Source of the DNA: Heptranchias perlo
Taxonomy: Eukaryota
Length of the DNA: 64,000 nucleotides
Direction of reading: 5' to 3'
Assembly: GCF_035084215.1 (NCBI RefSeq)
Contig: NW_027139729.1
Span: 1,488,001 to 1,552,000, forward strand
Part shown: piece after piece, positions 1 through 12,495 of the stretch
How the letters are laid out: every line of letters begins with the position of its first letter
How positions within the stretch are numbered: the first letter of the stretch is position 1
The notes under the pieces: generated by a model
The model's input: only the letters and a program-made list of their open reading frames with translations
Databases searched by the model: none
What the model was told of the DNA's origin: nothing
Made by a program: the position numbers and the translations under genes

Positions 1-1275
1 TCTTTCACTATGTTTATCCCATCCAATATTTCACAAGCCTCCTCCTTAACTTCACTCCCTGCATCACCCCTCTCCCTTGTGAAGACAGTTGCAAAGTATT
101 CATTAAGAACCATACCCATATCTTCCGCCTCCACACATAGTTTACCCTTTTTGGTCACTAATAGGCCCTACTCTTTCCTTAGATATCCTCTTGCTCTTAA
201 TGTATTTATAAAACATCTTTGGATTTTCTTTGATTATACCTGCTAATATTTTTTCATGCCCTCTTTTTGCTTTCCTAATTTCCTTTTTAATTTCACCCCT
301 GCACTTCGTATATCCTCTAAGTTTTCCGTAGTATTGAGTTCCCGGTGTCTTCCATAGGCTTTCTTTATCTGTCTTGTCTTACCCTGAATGCTTCTTGACA
401 TCCAGTGGGCTCTAGATTTGTCAGCCCCTTCCTTTTTCTTTGTGGGAACATGTTTACCCTGAACGCCTTTGAATCACCCATTTGAATGAATCCCACTGTT
501 CTGGCACTGATTTACCCTCAAGTAGCTGTTTCCTGTTTACTTCTGCTAAACCACTTCTCAGTTTAGTAAAATTGGCCTTCCCCCAATTGAAAGCTTTAAC
601 TCCTGCTCTGTCTTAGTCCTTTTCCATAACTATGCTAAAACTAACTGTATTATGATCACCACCACCAAAATGCTCTCCCACTGCTACTTCTTCCACCTGC
701 CCAGCCTCATTTTCTGGAATTAAATCCAGAACTCCACAGCCACCCCCACCCCACTGTCGTTGGGCTTGCTATAAACTGGCTAAAAAAAATCTCCTCTATG
801 CAATGTAAGAATTCTGTGCCCTCCATACTATTCACACTGTTTGTATCCCAGTTAATATTAGGGTAATTGAAATCCCCTGCTATTACTGCCCTATTGTTTT
901 TCCACTTCTCAGAAATGTGCCTTCATATTTGCTCCTCTATCTCCCTCTGACTGTTTGGGGGTCGAAAGCACACTCCGATTAGTGTGACTGCCCCTTTTTT
1001 GTTCTTTAGCTCAACAAATAAGGCCTCATGTGATGCTCCTTCTAAATTATCATCCCTCCTCACAATTGTAATTGTTTCCTTAACCAAAATTGTCACCCCC
1101 TCCTCTTTTATCTTCCTCTCTATCGCGTCTGAAAACCCTGTAACCAGGGACGTTGAGCTGCCAGTCCTGCCCCACTTTAAGCCATGTTTCTGTAATAGTT
1201 AAGATATCATACTTTCACGTGTTCTGAGCTCATCTGCCTTATTTCCTATACTCCTTGCATTGAGGTAAATACATT
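1..1275 (-). mobile_element. Decayed CR1-type LINE, ORF2 endonuclease-region fragment
   Basis: Reverse strand reads as degenerate AP-endonuclease-type sequence (e.g. GDFN-like motif near 870-890); many stops; apparently continues at about 2015-2340 beyond a nested insertion. Confidence 0.6.
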
Positions 1276-1277
1276 TA

Positions 1278-2015
1278 GGAATACAGGAACATAGGAACAT
1301 AGGAACAGTAGTAGGCCATTCAGCCCCTCGTGCCTGTTCCGCCATTTGAAAAGATCTTGGCTGATCTGTGATCTAACTCCATATACGTGCCTTTGGCCCA
1401 TATCCCTTAATAACTTTGGTTGCCGAAAAGCTATCTATCTCAGATTTAAATTTAGCTATTGAGATAGTTTCAATTGCCGTTTGCGGAAGAGAGTTCCAAA
1501 CTTCTACCACCCTTTGTGTGTAGAAATGTTTTCTAATCTCACTCCTGAAAGGTCTGGCTCTAATTTTTAGACTGTGCCCCCACTCCTAAAATCCCCAACC
1601 AGCGGAAATAGTTTCTCTCTATCCACCCTATCTGTTCCCCTTAATATCTTATAAACTTCGATCAGATCACCCCTTAACCTTCGAAACTCTAGAGAATACA
1701 ACCCCAATTCGTGTAATCTTTCCCCGTAACTTAACCCTTGAAGTCCGGGTATCATTCTAGTAAACCTACGCTGCACTCCCTCCAAGGCCAATATGTCCTT
1801 CGGAAGGTGCGGTGCCCAGAACTGCTCACAATACTTCAGGTGCGGTCTAACCAGGGTTTTGTGTCGCTGCAGCATAACTTCTGCCCCCTTGTACTCTAGT
1901 CCTCTAAATATAAAGGCCAGCATTCCATTAGCCTTCTTGATTATTTTCTGCACCTGTTCATGACACTTCAATGATCTATATACCAGTACCCCAAAGTTCC
2001 TTTGGACATCCACTG
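1278..2015 (-). mobile_element. CR1 LINE 3' end (RT C-terminus plus 3' tail)
   Basis: ORF 1567..2127 has LVRPHLKYCEQFWAPH...LEGVQRRFTRMIPG...RRLRGDLIEVYK; short tail repeats (ggaacata) at 1280-1305. Confidence 0.9.
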
Positions 2016-2549
2016 CCAAACTCCTCTGTTGTTTATTTTCTAGCCTTCGTTCCCTCTGCCTTCCTGACTCACTCACTAATTTTCTGCCGTTCACTTCCAC
2101 TTTTGACTTTGTCCCATCTGAATTCACACTCAGGTTCCCATCCCCATGCCAAGCTAGTTTGAACCCTCCCCGACAGCACTAGCAAACCTCCCCGCAAGGA
2201 TATTGGTCCCGGCCCTGTTGAGGAGGTACAGGGCCCACCTCCTCCAGAACCGGTCCCAATGAGCCCTGAAACTAAAGGCCTCCCCCTTACACCGCCTTTG
2301 CAGCCACTGATTCATGTGCTCTATCCTCATATTTCTATTCTCACTGGTATTCTAGACCTATCAGCTCTGAGAAACTCCCAGCACTGTGTTCAGGGAGCTG
2401 GCTGTGACTTCCACAGCAGCAGTTCGAAGTTCATGTGACATCCCTATTGCACTGGATTCCAATAGCACTGGCCATTGCTTCCTATTTCACATAGTTCTGA
2501 TTACTGAAATATATTAAATATGCCATAAAATGGCTTGTCTTTACCCTCA

Positions 2550-3530
2550 ATATCCCTCCATGGCCCTCGCCCCTCATGATGTCTATAACCTCCTCCAGCC
2601 CAACAATTCTCATCCACGTGTTTAAATCACTCCATGGGCCTCGTCTCCTCCCTATCAATGTAACACCCACCAACCCTACAATTCACGTCCTCGTGTTCAA
2701 ATCTCTCTATGGCCCTCACCACCTCCATAGCTCTGTAACCTTCCCCAGCCCTACAATTCTCGTTCTCATGTTGAAAACCCTCTATTGCCCTCTCCCCCTT
2801 ACTATCTCTGTTACCTCCTCCAGCCCTATAATTGTCGGCCTCGTGTTCCTTAGCCTCGCCCACTCCCTCCCTCTGTAACCTCCTCCTATAATTCTCATCC
2901 TATTGTTCAAATCCATCCATAGCCTCGCCCACTCCCTCACTCTGTAAACTCCTCCTATAATTCTCATCCTCGTGTTCTAAACCGTACAGTAGCTCACCCT
3001 CTCCTTATCTCTGTAAACTCCTCTAGCCCTACAATCCTCATCCTCCTGTTCAAATCCCTCCATGACCCTCACCCACTCCATATCTCTGTAACCTCCTCCA
3101 GCCCTACAATTCGCATCCTGTTCAAATCCCTCCATGGCCCTCGCCCCCTCCATTTCTCTGTAACCTCCTCCAGCCCTACAATTCTCATCCTCCTGTTCAA
3201 ATCCCTCTATAACCCTCACCCCCTCCCTTTCTCTGTAACATCCTCCAGCTCTACAATTCTCATCCTTGTGTTCAAATCACTCCGTGGCCCTCGCCCCTTC
3301 CTATCTCTGTAACCTCCTTCAGTCCTACAATTCTCATCCTTGTGTTCAAATCCCTCCATGGTCCTCGCCCCACTCCCTATCTCTGTAACCTCCTCCAGCC
3401 CCTACAATTCTCATCCTTGTGTTCAAATCCCTCCATGGCTCTCGCCCCTTCCTATCTCTGTAACCTCCTTCAGTCCTACAATTCTCATCCTTGTGTTCAA
3501 ATCTCTCCATAGCCTCGCCCCCTCCCTATC
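2550..3530 (+). repeat. Tandem array of about 74-bp L2-LINE-derived unit
   Basis: Repeated ccatggccctcgcccctccctatctctgtaacctcctccagccctacaattctcatcct...ttcaaat; the same unit is part of L2 fragments at 8430-8540 and 15540-15890. Confidence 0.8.
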
Positions 3531-4062
3531 TCGGAGACTAATAAATAATAGCTGTACAATTGTGCTTGTTTATCCAGTCTCGCTATAAGACGGATCAATT
3601 ATTACCAGATGCGAGTGCCTGGGGCCCAGAGTGAGGACGCACGCAGAGAAACGAGCCACGAGAAATGGGCAGTCTGCCCAGAAAAGCCTTTAAAGAAAAC
3701 AAGGGGCAGCGAAGGGAGGCGAAGGACCAGCAGAGAAGGAAAGAAACTCTCGCCAACTCTGAACGATACTTGCCTCCAACGGGCAGAAACCTTCCGAGGA
3801 CTGATGCTCAGGCGAGTAATGGTAGAACACCAGAGGGGCAATCAGGGGGAATTAAAGCGAAGGGGGCTGGGACTGGAGAAGAGTCTGGCTGAAGGATGGG
3901 GGCGGGGGACTGGAAGGATAAACAAACAAAGGGTATCCCAGCCAAAAAAACAAATGAAGTGAAAAGTAGGCAAAGCAAACAGCTGAAAGTGGAGGCAGTT
4001 ATGTGACACAAAGAGGGAAACAGCACGAATCTAATGGTGGAAGGAATTGTACCCAACCTCTG

Positions 4063-4990
4063 TTAACAACAACTCGCATTTATACAGCGCCTTTAACATA
4101 GTAAATCGTTCCACGACGCTACACAGGAGCGATTATTAAACACAATTTGACATTGAACCACACAAGGAGGTATTAGGACAGGTGACCTAAAGCTTGGTCA
4201 AAGAGTTAGGTATTAAGGAGCGTCTTAAAGGAGGAGAGCGATGCGGACAGGTTGAGGGAGGGAATTCCAGAGCTTAGGGCCTAGGCAGCTAAAGGCACAG
4301 ACGCCAATGGTGAAGTGATTAACATCGGGGATGTGCATGAGGCCAGAATTGGAGAACCGCAGAAATTTCGGAGGGATGTAGGGCTGGAGTATGTTACAGA
4401 GATAGGGAGGGGGCGAGGGCTATGGAGTCATTCGAACAATAGGATGAGAATTATAGGGCTGGAGGAGGTTACAGAGATAGGGAGGGGGGGCGAGGGCCAT
4501 GGAGGGATTTGAACAGGAGGATGAGGATTGTAGGGCTGGAGGAGGTTACTGAGGTCGGGAGGAGCGAGGGCCATGGAGGGATTTGAACAGGAGGATGAGA
4601 ATTGTCGGGTTGGAGGAGGTTACATAACAGGGAGGGGCGAGGCCCTGGAGGGATTTGAACACAAGAAAGAGAATTGTAGGGCTGGAGGAGGTTACTGAGA
4701 TAGGGAGGGGCGAGGCCATAGAGGGATTTGAACAGGAGGATGAGAATTGTAGTGGCTGGAGGAGGGTACAGAGATAGGTAGGGGGCGAGGGCCATTGAGC
4801 ATTTGAACAGGAGGATGAGAATTGTTGGGCTGGAGGAGGTTACTGAGATAGGGAGGGGGCGAGGGCCATTGAGCATTTGAACAGGAGGATGAGAATTGTT
4901 GGGCTGGAGGAGGTTACAGGGATAGGAAGGGGCGAGACCATGCAGGGATTTGAAAACAAGGATGAGAATTTTGAAATCGAGGCGTTGCAG
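4063..4990 (-). mobile_element. L2-type LINE 3' end with internal tandem expansion (same unit as 2550-3530, inverted)
   Basis: Starts with reverse complement of the ...aggcgct(g)tataaatgc..gttgttgtt tail; gggctggaggaggttacagagatagggagggg repeats at 4380-4980. Confidence 0.75.
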
Positions 4991-5149
4991 GACCAGGAGC
5001 CAAAGTAATAATAAAATAACGTGTAACTAACTTTTTACACCCAACAGTGTGAGATTATCACCTTAGATGATCTCCCTTGGCATGGCTTTGGATCAGTCCC
5101 AGAGAACCATACTTATTAAAACGGCAGGCCAATTGTGCAATCTAACCCA

Positions 5150-5948
5150 CGGTGCATTATGATACATTTTGTAGGAAGGACGAGGAGAGGAAATATAAAC
5201 GAAATGGTACAATTCTAAAGCGGTGCAGGAGCAGAGACCTGTGGTCAAGGTGCAGAAATCTTTGAAGGTGGTAGAACAGGTGGAGAAAGCAGTTAAAAAG
5301 CATATGGGGTCCTGGGCTTTATACATAGAGGCATTGAGTACAAAAGCAAGGAATTAATGTTGAAACTTTATAAAACACTGGTTCAGCCACAACTGGAGTA
5401 TTGTGTCGATTTCTGGGCACCGCACTTTAGGAAGGATGTGAAGGCCTTAGAGAAGGTGCAGAAAAGATTTACTCGAATGGTTCCAGGGATGAGGGACTTC
5501 AGTTACGTGGATGGACTGGAGGAGCTGTGGTTGTTCTCCTTAGTGCAGAGAAAGTTGAGAGGAGATTTGATAGAAGTGTTCAAAATCATGACGGGTTTAG
5601 TTAATGTAAATAAAGAGAAACTCTTCCCATTGACGGAAGGGTCGAGAACCAAATGACACAGATTTAAGGTAATTGGCAAAAGAACCAAAGGCGACATGAG
5701 GAAAACCTTTTTTACGCAGCGAGTGGTTATGATCTGGAATGCGTTGCCTGAAAGGGTGTCAGAGGCAGATTCAATCGTGGCTTTCAAAAGGGAATTTGAT
5801 AAATATTTGAAGGGCAAAAAATACAGGGCTGTGGGGAAAAAGCAGGGGAGTGGGATTAACTGGATTGCTCGAACAAAGAGCTGGCACAGGCTCAATTGGC
5901 CGAATGGCCTCCTTCTGTGCTGTAACCATTCTATGATTCTATGATATA
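5150..5948 (+). mobile_element. CR1 LINE 3' fragment
   Basis: ORFs 5357..5656 and 5696..5944 (LYKTLVQPQLEYC, FFTQRVVMIWNALP); ends in (ttctatga)n tail. Confidence 0.9.
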
Positions 5949-6164
5949 ACATGGGTTTATTAAGACTCCTCTATTCTGATATTCCACTATATCAGCACAT
6001 CCTTTCCCAATAGGTGTTAAAGAAAGGTGCAAAGCGCGGAGCTGTGTAGAACGTGGCCTGTCCCTTTAAGACCACAGAACATAATTACTGTAAATAGGCA
6101 CATCCTGTGGTTAGTTAGAGATCAAATTGCTACTGGTCAGGGATCTTTGCCTTTAGGTTGGCAG

Positions 6165-7590
6165 CTTTGAAGTGCAACACATTGAGATGTGATACTTTGA
6201 GGTGTGACACTTTGAGGTGTGGCACTTTGGGATGTGACAAGGTGAGATGTGACATTTGAAATGTGATACTTTGAAGTGTGACACCTTGAGGTGTGAAACT
6301 TTGTGGTGTGATACTTTGAGGTGTGATACTTTGAGGTGTGACACTTTGAGGTGTGATACTTTGAGATTGATACTTTGAAATGTAACAATTTGATGTGTAA
6401 CACTATGAATTGTAACACTTTGAGGTGTGATACATTGAGATGTGACACTTTGAAGAGTGACACTTTGAGGTGTGACACGTTGAGGTGTGAGACTTTAAGA
6501 TGTGATACTTTGAGGTGTGATACTTTGAGGTGTGAAACTTTGAGGTGTGACACTTTGAGATGTGACACTTTGAGGTGTGACACTTTGAGATGTGACACTT
6601 TGAGGTGTGACACTTTGAGATGTGACACTTTGAGGTGTGACACTTTGAGATGTGATGCTTTGAGATGTGACACTTTGAGGTGTGACACCTTGAGGTTTGA
6701 CACTTTGAGGTGTGACACTTTGAGATGTGACACTTTGAGGTGTGACACTTTGAGATGTGATACTTTGAGGTGTGACACTTTGAGATGTGATGCTTTGAGA
6801 TGTGACACTTTGAGGTGTGACACTTTGAGATGTGATGCTTTGAGATGTGATACTTTGAGGTGTGACACTTTGAGATATGATGCTTTGAGATGTGACACTT
6901 TGAGGTGTGACACCTTGAGGTTTGACACTTTGAGGTGTGACACTTTGAGATGTGGCACTTTGAGGTGTGACACTTTGAGATGTGACACTTTGAGGTGTGA
7001 CACTTTGAGATGTGACACTTTGAGGTGTGACACTTTGAGATGTGATGCTTTGAGATGTGACACTTTGAGGTGTGACACCTTGAGGTTTGACACTTTGAGG
7101 TGTGACACTTTGAGATGTGATGCTTTGAGATGTGACACTTTGAGATGTGACACCTTGAGGTTTGACACTTTGAGGTGTGACACTTTGAGATGTGACACTT
7201 TGAGGTGTGACACCTTGAGGTTTGACACTTTGAGGTGTGACACTTTGAGATGTGATGCTTTGAGATGTGACACTTTGATATTTGATAATTTGAGATGTGA
7301 CACTTTGAGGTGTGATACTTTGAGATGTCAAACTTTGAGATGTGCCCCTTTGAGATGTGACACTGTGAGATGTGACACTTTGAGATGTGACATTTTGAGG
7401 TGTAACACTTTGAGATGTGAAACGTTGAGATGTGACACTTTGAGGTGCTACAATTTGAGATATGACACTTCAAGATTTGGCACTTTGAGATGTCAAAATC
7501 TGTATCTTGACACCCTGAAATGTGACTCTCTGAAGTGTGACACTGGAGTGTGGCATTTTAAGGCTTGACAGTTTCAAGTGTGACACTTTT
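6165..7590. repeat. 15-bp minisatellite (tgtgacactttgaga/g)n, about 1.4 kb
   Basis: Direct inspection; homogeneous core about 6480-7320 with degenerate edges; explains the CDTLR/SHLKV repeat ORFs. Confidence 0.97.
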
Positions 7591-7836
7591 TGCCGTGACC
7601 AGACACGCGCGACTGTTAATACCTGTAGAGCTCGCTATCTAAAACTAGAACGTGTCCAAGAACCATTAACAAACCGGCTGTTATTGTCCTTACTGGCTAA
7701 GACCGATGTTTTTGGGAGGCAAATAACAAACTTGGTTTTCCCACTGCAGGTAGTTAGTGGGCCTGATCGCTGAAGGAACGACTTTTGTAACGAGGTCCAG
7801 AGCTCCCAGTTTGCACAGCCGGTCTCCTATCTCAAA

Positions 7837-7867
7837 ATGAACGGGTTAGCTCTTTGCTTTGTGATGG
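7837..7867 (+). CDS. Ig-superfamily (LRC-like) gene, leader exon 1 (MNGLALCFVM+1 nt)
   Basis: aaaATG in good context, hydrophobic codons, G|gtgagt consensus donor; phase 1; 31 coding nt. Confidence 0.75.
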
Positions 7868-8870
7868 GTGAGTATTAACACAACTTCCCTGCATGCACAG
7901 AAGGGCCGGAATGTCTCACAACAACGACATAGATCTGTAGCGCCGAATGGCCTGTTTCTGTGCTTTAAATTCTATGTAACAACAACAACTTGCATTGATA
8001 TACAGCCTTTAACGTAGTAAAACTTCCAAAAATGCTTCGTAGCAGTGTAAATCAGGCAAAAATATGACTCCTTGCCACATTAGGCGATATTGCGACACGT
8101 GACCAAAAGCTTGGTCAAAGAGGTAGTTTATAACCTAGAAACACAGAAAATAGGAGCATGAGTAGGCCCTTCGGCCCTTCGGGCCTGCTCCGCCATTCAA
8201 AATGATCATGGCTGATCGTCTAACTCAGTACCCTGTTCCAGCTTTTTCCCAATATCCCTTGTCCCTTTAGCACTTAAGCAGTGTATTTAAGGTGGAGAGA
8301 GAAATGGAGAAGGGAGGGAATTCCAGAGCTTAGGTCCTAGGCAGCTGAAGGTACGGCTGCCAATGGTGGAGCGAATAAAATCGGGGATGCGCAAGAGAAA
8401 ATTGTACTGAATTGATTGCAGAGAATTCAGACGGTTGTAGGGCTGGAGGAGGTTACAGAGATAGGGAGGGGCGAGGGCCATGGAGGGATTTGAACAGGAG
8501 GGTGAGGATTGTAGGGCTGGAGGAGGTTACAGAGATAGGAAGGAATTGTACACAATTACAGTGACATTAAGCAAATTTAAACCAATCATTCTAAACTGTC
8601 GGCTGTCGCTTTTATCTTCTCGGATTCATTTCAGTGTCAGAATTGTCCTGGGAAGTTGCAATCTTCGATTTGATACAAGCTAACCCCCCAAACTGCGGAG
8701 CAGAGTCCCTGACACCCAAAGGAGAGATTTCCTTTGCACAACAAATTTTAAACCGTTTTTCATATAATCTTCCTTCTGTGTCATTTTTTTGACACATTGT
8801 TTACGGGAGAGAAAAATGTTACCTGTTAATAAAATCTCATGATGTATTTTAATGAAACCATGACAATTCA

Positions 8871-9310
8871 GGTGTCAGCCGTGGCTCAGTGTCTGAACCC
8901 TCACCTCTCAGTCATGAAGGCCGTAGTTTCAAGCACTTCTCCAGAGACCTAAGCAGGCCCACACTCCCTGGTGCCAGTACTGAGGGAGTGCTGCTCTGTC
9001 GGAGGTGCCGTCTTTCGGATGAGACGTTAAACCAAGGCCCAGTCTGCCCTCTCAGGTGGACGTAAAAGATCCCACGGCCACTATTGTTCTCCCCCCTGAA
9101 CTGGCCTCAACCAACATCACGAAAAAAGCAGATTATCTGGTCATTATCACATTGCTGTTTGTGGGATCTAGTTTTGCGCAAAATTGGCTGCCGCGTTTCC
9201 TACATTACAACAGTGAGTGCACTTCAAAAAAATCCCTCATTGGCTGTAATGTTTGGGATGTCCTGAGGTGGTGAAAGACGCTGTTGAAATGCACCTTCTT
9301 TCTTTCTTTT
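8871..9310 (+). mobile_element. tRNA-derived Deu-domain SINE (SacSINE1/AmnSINE1-like)
   Basis: A-box-like gtggctcagtg head; Deu core gtgccgtctttcggatgagacgttaaacc...ctcaggtggacgtaaaagatccc; L2-like tail ending in tttc repeats. Confidence 0.8.
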
Positions 9311-9373
9311 GTCCATGAATTGTCTTTATTTGACCTTGGAACTAATCCTCGTTTTCCTTCTTTCTCCCCCCAG

Positions 9374-9409
9374 CGATTCTCAGCCAGCAGCAGGCCGTTC
9401 TTCCTCAGG
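9374..9409 (+). CDS. Ig-superfamily gene, 36-nt leader exon 2 (AILSQQQAVLPQ)
   Basis: Long polypyrimidine tract then cag| at 9373; G|gtcagt donor; phase 1-1; joins exon 1 and the D1 exon in frame. Confidence 0.75.
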
Positions 9410-9654
9410 GTCAGTCTTCAGGTTTCCATTGAGAGAATGAACGTTTACTGGTGATATTTACAATGTTGCAAATCTTTTTAGTTTTTTATTTTAACGGAAG
9501 ATTGCCCCAATCAGCCACTCTACGAGAGCAACGTGCTGAGCTTTTGAAAGGCTGAACGTTACTGTTCCACCAATATTCCTGCCTCCTCCAGCAGATTAGC
9601 TGGAAGTTCATCACAATTGTTGTTTTGTGGGACCTTGCTGTGCATAAGTTGGAA

Positions 9655-10050
9655 AGAAACAGCTTGCATTTATATAGCGCCTTTCACGACATCCCAAAGC
9701 ACTTCACAGCCAATGAAGTACTTTTTTGAAGTGCAGTCACTGTTATAATGTAGCGAAATGCAGCTGCTAATTTGAGCATAGCAAGATCCCACAAACACGA
9801 CCAGATAATCTGTTTTAGTGATGTTGCTTGAGGAATAGAGAATGTCATGGGATCTTTTACGTCCGCCTGAGAAGGCAGACGGGACTTCAGTTTAAAGTGT
9901 CATCTGAAAGACAGCACATCCGACAGCGCAGTGCTCCCTCAGTACGGGCACCGGGAATGTCAGCCTGGATTATGGGCTCAAGCCCCTGGAGTGGGGATTA
10001 AACCCATGTCCTTCTGACTCAGAAGCGAGAATGCTACCACGGAGACACAG
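9655..10050 (-). mobile_element. Deu-domain SINE
   Basis: Reverse complement of the element at 8871-9310 (gggatcttttacgtcc.cctgaga...catctgaaagacagcac). Confidence 0.75.
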
Positions 10051-10260
10051 CTCACTCCCTATTTAGCTGCTAGGTTGACCTACATGCCAACAGTAACTGA
10101 ACTTGAAAGACACTGAAATGGCTGTGAAGTGATTTTGGACGTCCTGAGGTCGCGAAAGGCGCTATGTAAATGCAAATTCTGTCTTTGAGCATTGACAAAA
10201 TAATGTCCCACACTGTATTTTCTACCCTCAATCCACATTATTGTTTCTGTTTTGTTGCAG

Positions 10261-10554
10261 ATACACTGACTAAACCGCAAATTGCTCTCAGTGAACAGAC
10301 TGGTGTTTACTGGCGAGGGGAGAATATCAGCATTACCTGCACTGGACACAAAGAATCTGGGAATAGCACATTTTATTTGTACAGAGATAAGCAAATATTG
10401 ACAAGTCCCCGCATCTATGTGGAGAATAACAGCGCCATATTCACAGTTAATGCATCAAACCCAGAAGGCGGGTATCAGTGTCAATATGGAAGAGAGATCT
10501 CCGGGGAATGGATCAAGTCACCTCGTAGCCGAGATGTGAGGATCATTGTCACAG
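10261..10554 (+). CDS. Ig-superfamily gene, Ig domain D1 exon
   Basis: ttgcag| acceptor, ACAG|gtgagt donor, 294 nt, phase 1-1; TLTKPQI...GENISITC...FYLYRD...GGYQC; four N-glycosylation sequons. Confidence 0.9.
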
Positions 10555-10835
10555 GTGAGTGACAGGCACCTGAGATTGGGGCGAGATCCTGGTTACAAGG
10601 TGGGAGAATCATTGTCACAGGTGAGTGACAGGCTCCTGAGATTGGGGCGAGAACCTGGTTACAAGGTGGGAGAATCATTGTCACAGGTGAGTGGTGGGCA
10701 ACTGAGATTGGGGCGAGATCCTGGTTACAAGTTTGGAGAATCATTGTCACAGGTGAGTGATGGGCACCTGAGATTGGGGCGAGATCCTGGTTACAAGGTG
10801 GGAGAATCATCGTCACAGGTGAGTGATGGGCACTA
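10538..10835 (+). repeat. 66-bp tandem repeat containing the D1 exon end and splice donor
   Basis: gtcacag|gtgagtg recurs with GT at 10555, 10621, 10687, 10753 and 10819. Confidence 0.95.
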
Positions 10836-10859
10836 AAGATCTGCGATATACCCTGGTCA

Positions 10860-12110
10860 ACCAACAACAACTTGCATTTATATAGCGCCTTTAACGTAGT
10901 GAAACGTCCCAAGGTGTTTCACAAGAGCGATTATCAAATATAATTTGACACTGAGCCAAATAATGAGATATCAGGAGAGGTGACCAAAAGCTCGCCAAAG
11001 GGGTAGGTTTTGAGAAGCGTCTTAAAGTTGGAGAGAGAGCCAAAAGAAAGAAAGGCTTGCATTTACAAAGAGCTTTTCGTGACCTGAAGATGTCCCAAAG
11101 CGATTTACAGCCAATGCAATATTTTTAAAGTGTAGTCACGGTTGTAATGTCGGAAATGCGGCAGCCAATTTGCGCACAGCAAGGTCCCACAATCAGCAAT
11201 GAGATAAATGACCAGATAATCTGTTTTTATTGATGTTGGTTGATGGCTAAATATTGGCCAGGACACTGGGGATAACTCCCCTGCCCTTCTTCGATATAGT
11301 GCTGTGGGATCTTTTACGTGCACCTGAGAGGGCAGACGGGGTCTCGCTTTAACGTCTCATCTGAAAGACGGTAGACGATAGGGAGGCGGAAAGATTTAGG
11401 GAGGGAGGTCCAGAGCTTATGGCCTCGGCATCTGAAGGCATGGCCGATAATGGTGGAGCGATTAAAGTTGGGGATGCACAAGAGGCAAGAATTGGAGGAG
11501 CGCAGAGATCTCAGAGGGTTGTCGGGTTGGAGGAGGTTACAGAGATAGGAGGGGTGAGGTCATGGAGGGATTTGAAAACAAGGATGAGAATTTTAAAATC
11601 GAGATGAAGCCGGAACGAGAGCCAATGTAGGTCAGTGAGCATAGGGTTGATGGGTGAACGGTAATCGGTACGAGTTAGGATACGGGCAGCAGAGCTTTGA
11701 ATGAGTTCAAGTTTATGGATGATGAAAGATGGGAGGCCGACTGGGAGAGTATTCGAATAGTCAAGTCTAGAGGTAACAAAGTCATGGATGAGGGTTTCAG
11801 CAGCAGTTGAGCTGAGGCAGGGTCAAATAGGATGCCAAGTTTGCGAAGGGTCTGGTTCAGCCTCAGACAGTGGCTGGAGAGAGGGGTGGATTCGGTGGAT
11901 AGGTAACGGAGTTTTTGGCGGGGACCAAAGACAATGGCTTCGGTCTTCCCAATAATTAGTTGGAGGAAATTTTTGCTTATTGAGTACTATATGTCGGACA
12001 AGCAGTGTGACAAATGAAAGACAGTGGAGGGGTCGTGGGAGGTGCTTGTGAGGTAGAGATGGGTTTCATCAGAGTACATGCGGAATCTGACGTTATATTT
12101 TCGGATGATG
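10860..12110 (-). mobile_element. L2-type LINE fragment with nested Deu-SINE (about 11045-11370)
   Basis: L2 tail at 10862; SINE core reverse complement at 11300-11370; L2 body resumes at about 11375. Confidence 0.7.
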
Positions 12111-12114
12111 TTGG

Positions 12115-12495
12115 GCAAATCATTGTCACCGGTAAGTGATGGGCACGTTAGATTGGAGAGAGACTCTGGTAAACTAAGGTGGGAGAATCATCGTCACTAA
12201 TAAGTGATAGGCACCTGAGATTGGAGAAAGAGTCTGGTAAACAAAGCAGTAGAATCATTGTCACGAGTAAGTGACGGAGACCTGAGATTGGAGAGAGACT
12301 CTGGTAAACTCAAGTCGGAGAACCATTGTCACGAGTAAGTGATGGAGCCCTGAGATTGGAGAGAGACTCTGGTAAACTCAGGTAGGAGAACCATTGACAC
12401 CGTTAAGTGATGGAGACCTGAGATTGGAGAGAGACTCTGGTCAACCAAGGCAGTAGAATAATTGTCACCGGTAAGTGATGGGTACTAGAGATCTG
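12115..12495 (+). repeat. Diverged continuation of the 66-bp splice-donor repeat
   Basis: About six units of agaatcattgtcac..gtaagtgatgg..acctgagattggagagagactctggt. Confidence 0.85.

Noticed and set aside
3600-3830. Minus-strand exon-like block (pyrimidine tract + aag| ... |gtaat)
   Set aside because: Plausible splice signals but no recognisable protein and no partner exons could be linked; may be UTR or chance.
2550-4990. Opposed 74-bp arrays as terminal inverted repeats of a transposon
   Set aside because: The unit is an internal L2 segment that also expands at 8430 and 15540; no target duplication or transposase seen.
6137-7568. Long ORFs (278-397 aa) of CDTLR/SHLKV/SQSVT repeats
   Set aside because: Products of a 15-bp minisatellite that is open in several frames on both strands; no splice or domain evidence.
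8871-8950. tRNA gene
   Set aside because: Degenerate A/B boxes are the head of a Deu-SINE; no cloverleaf.
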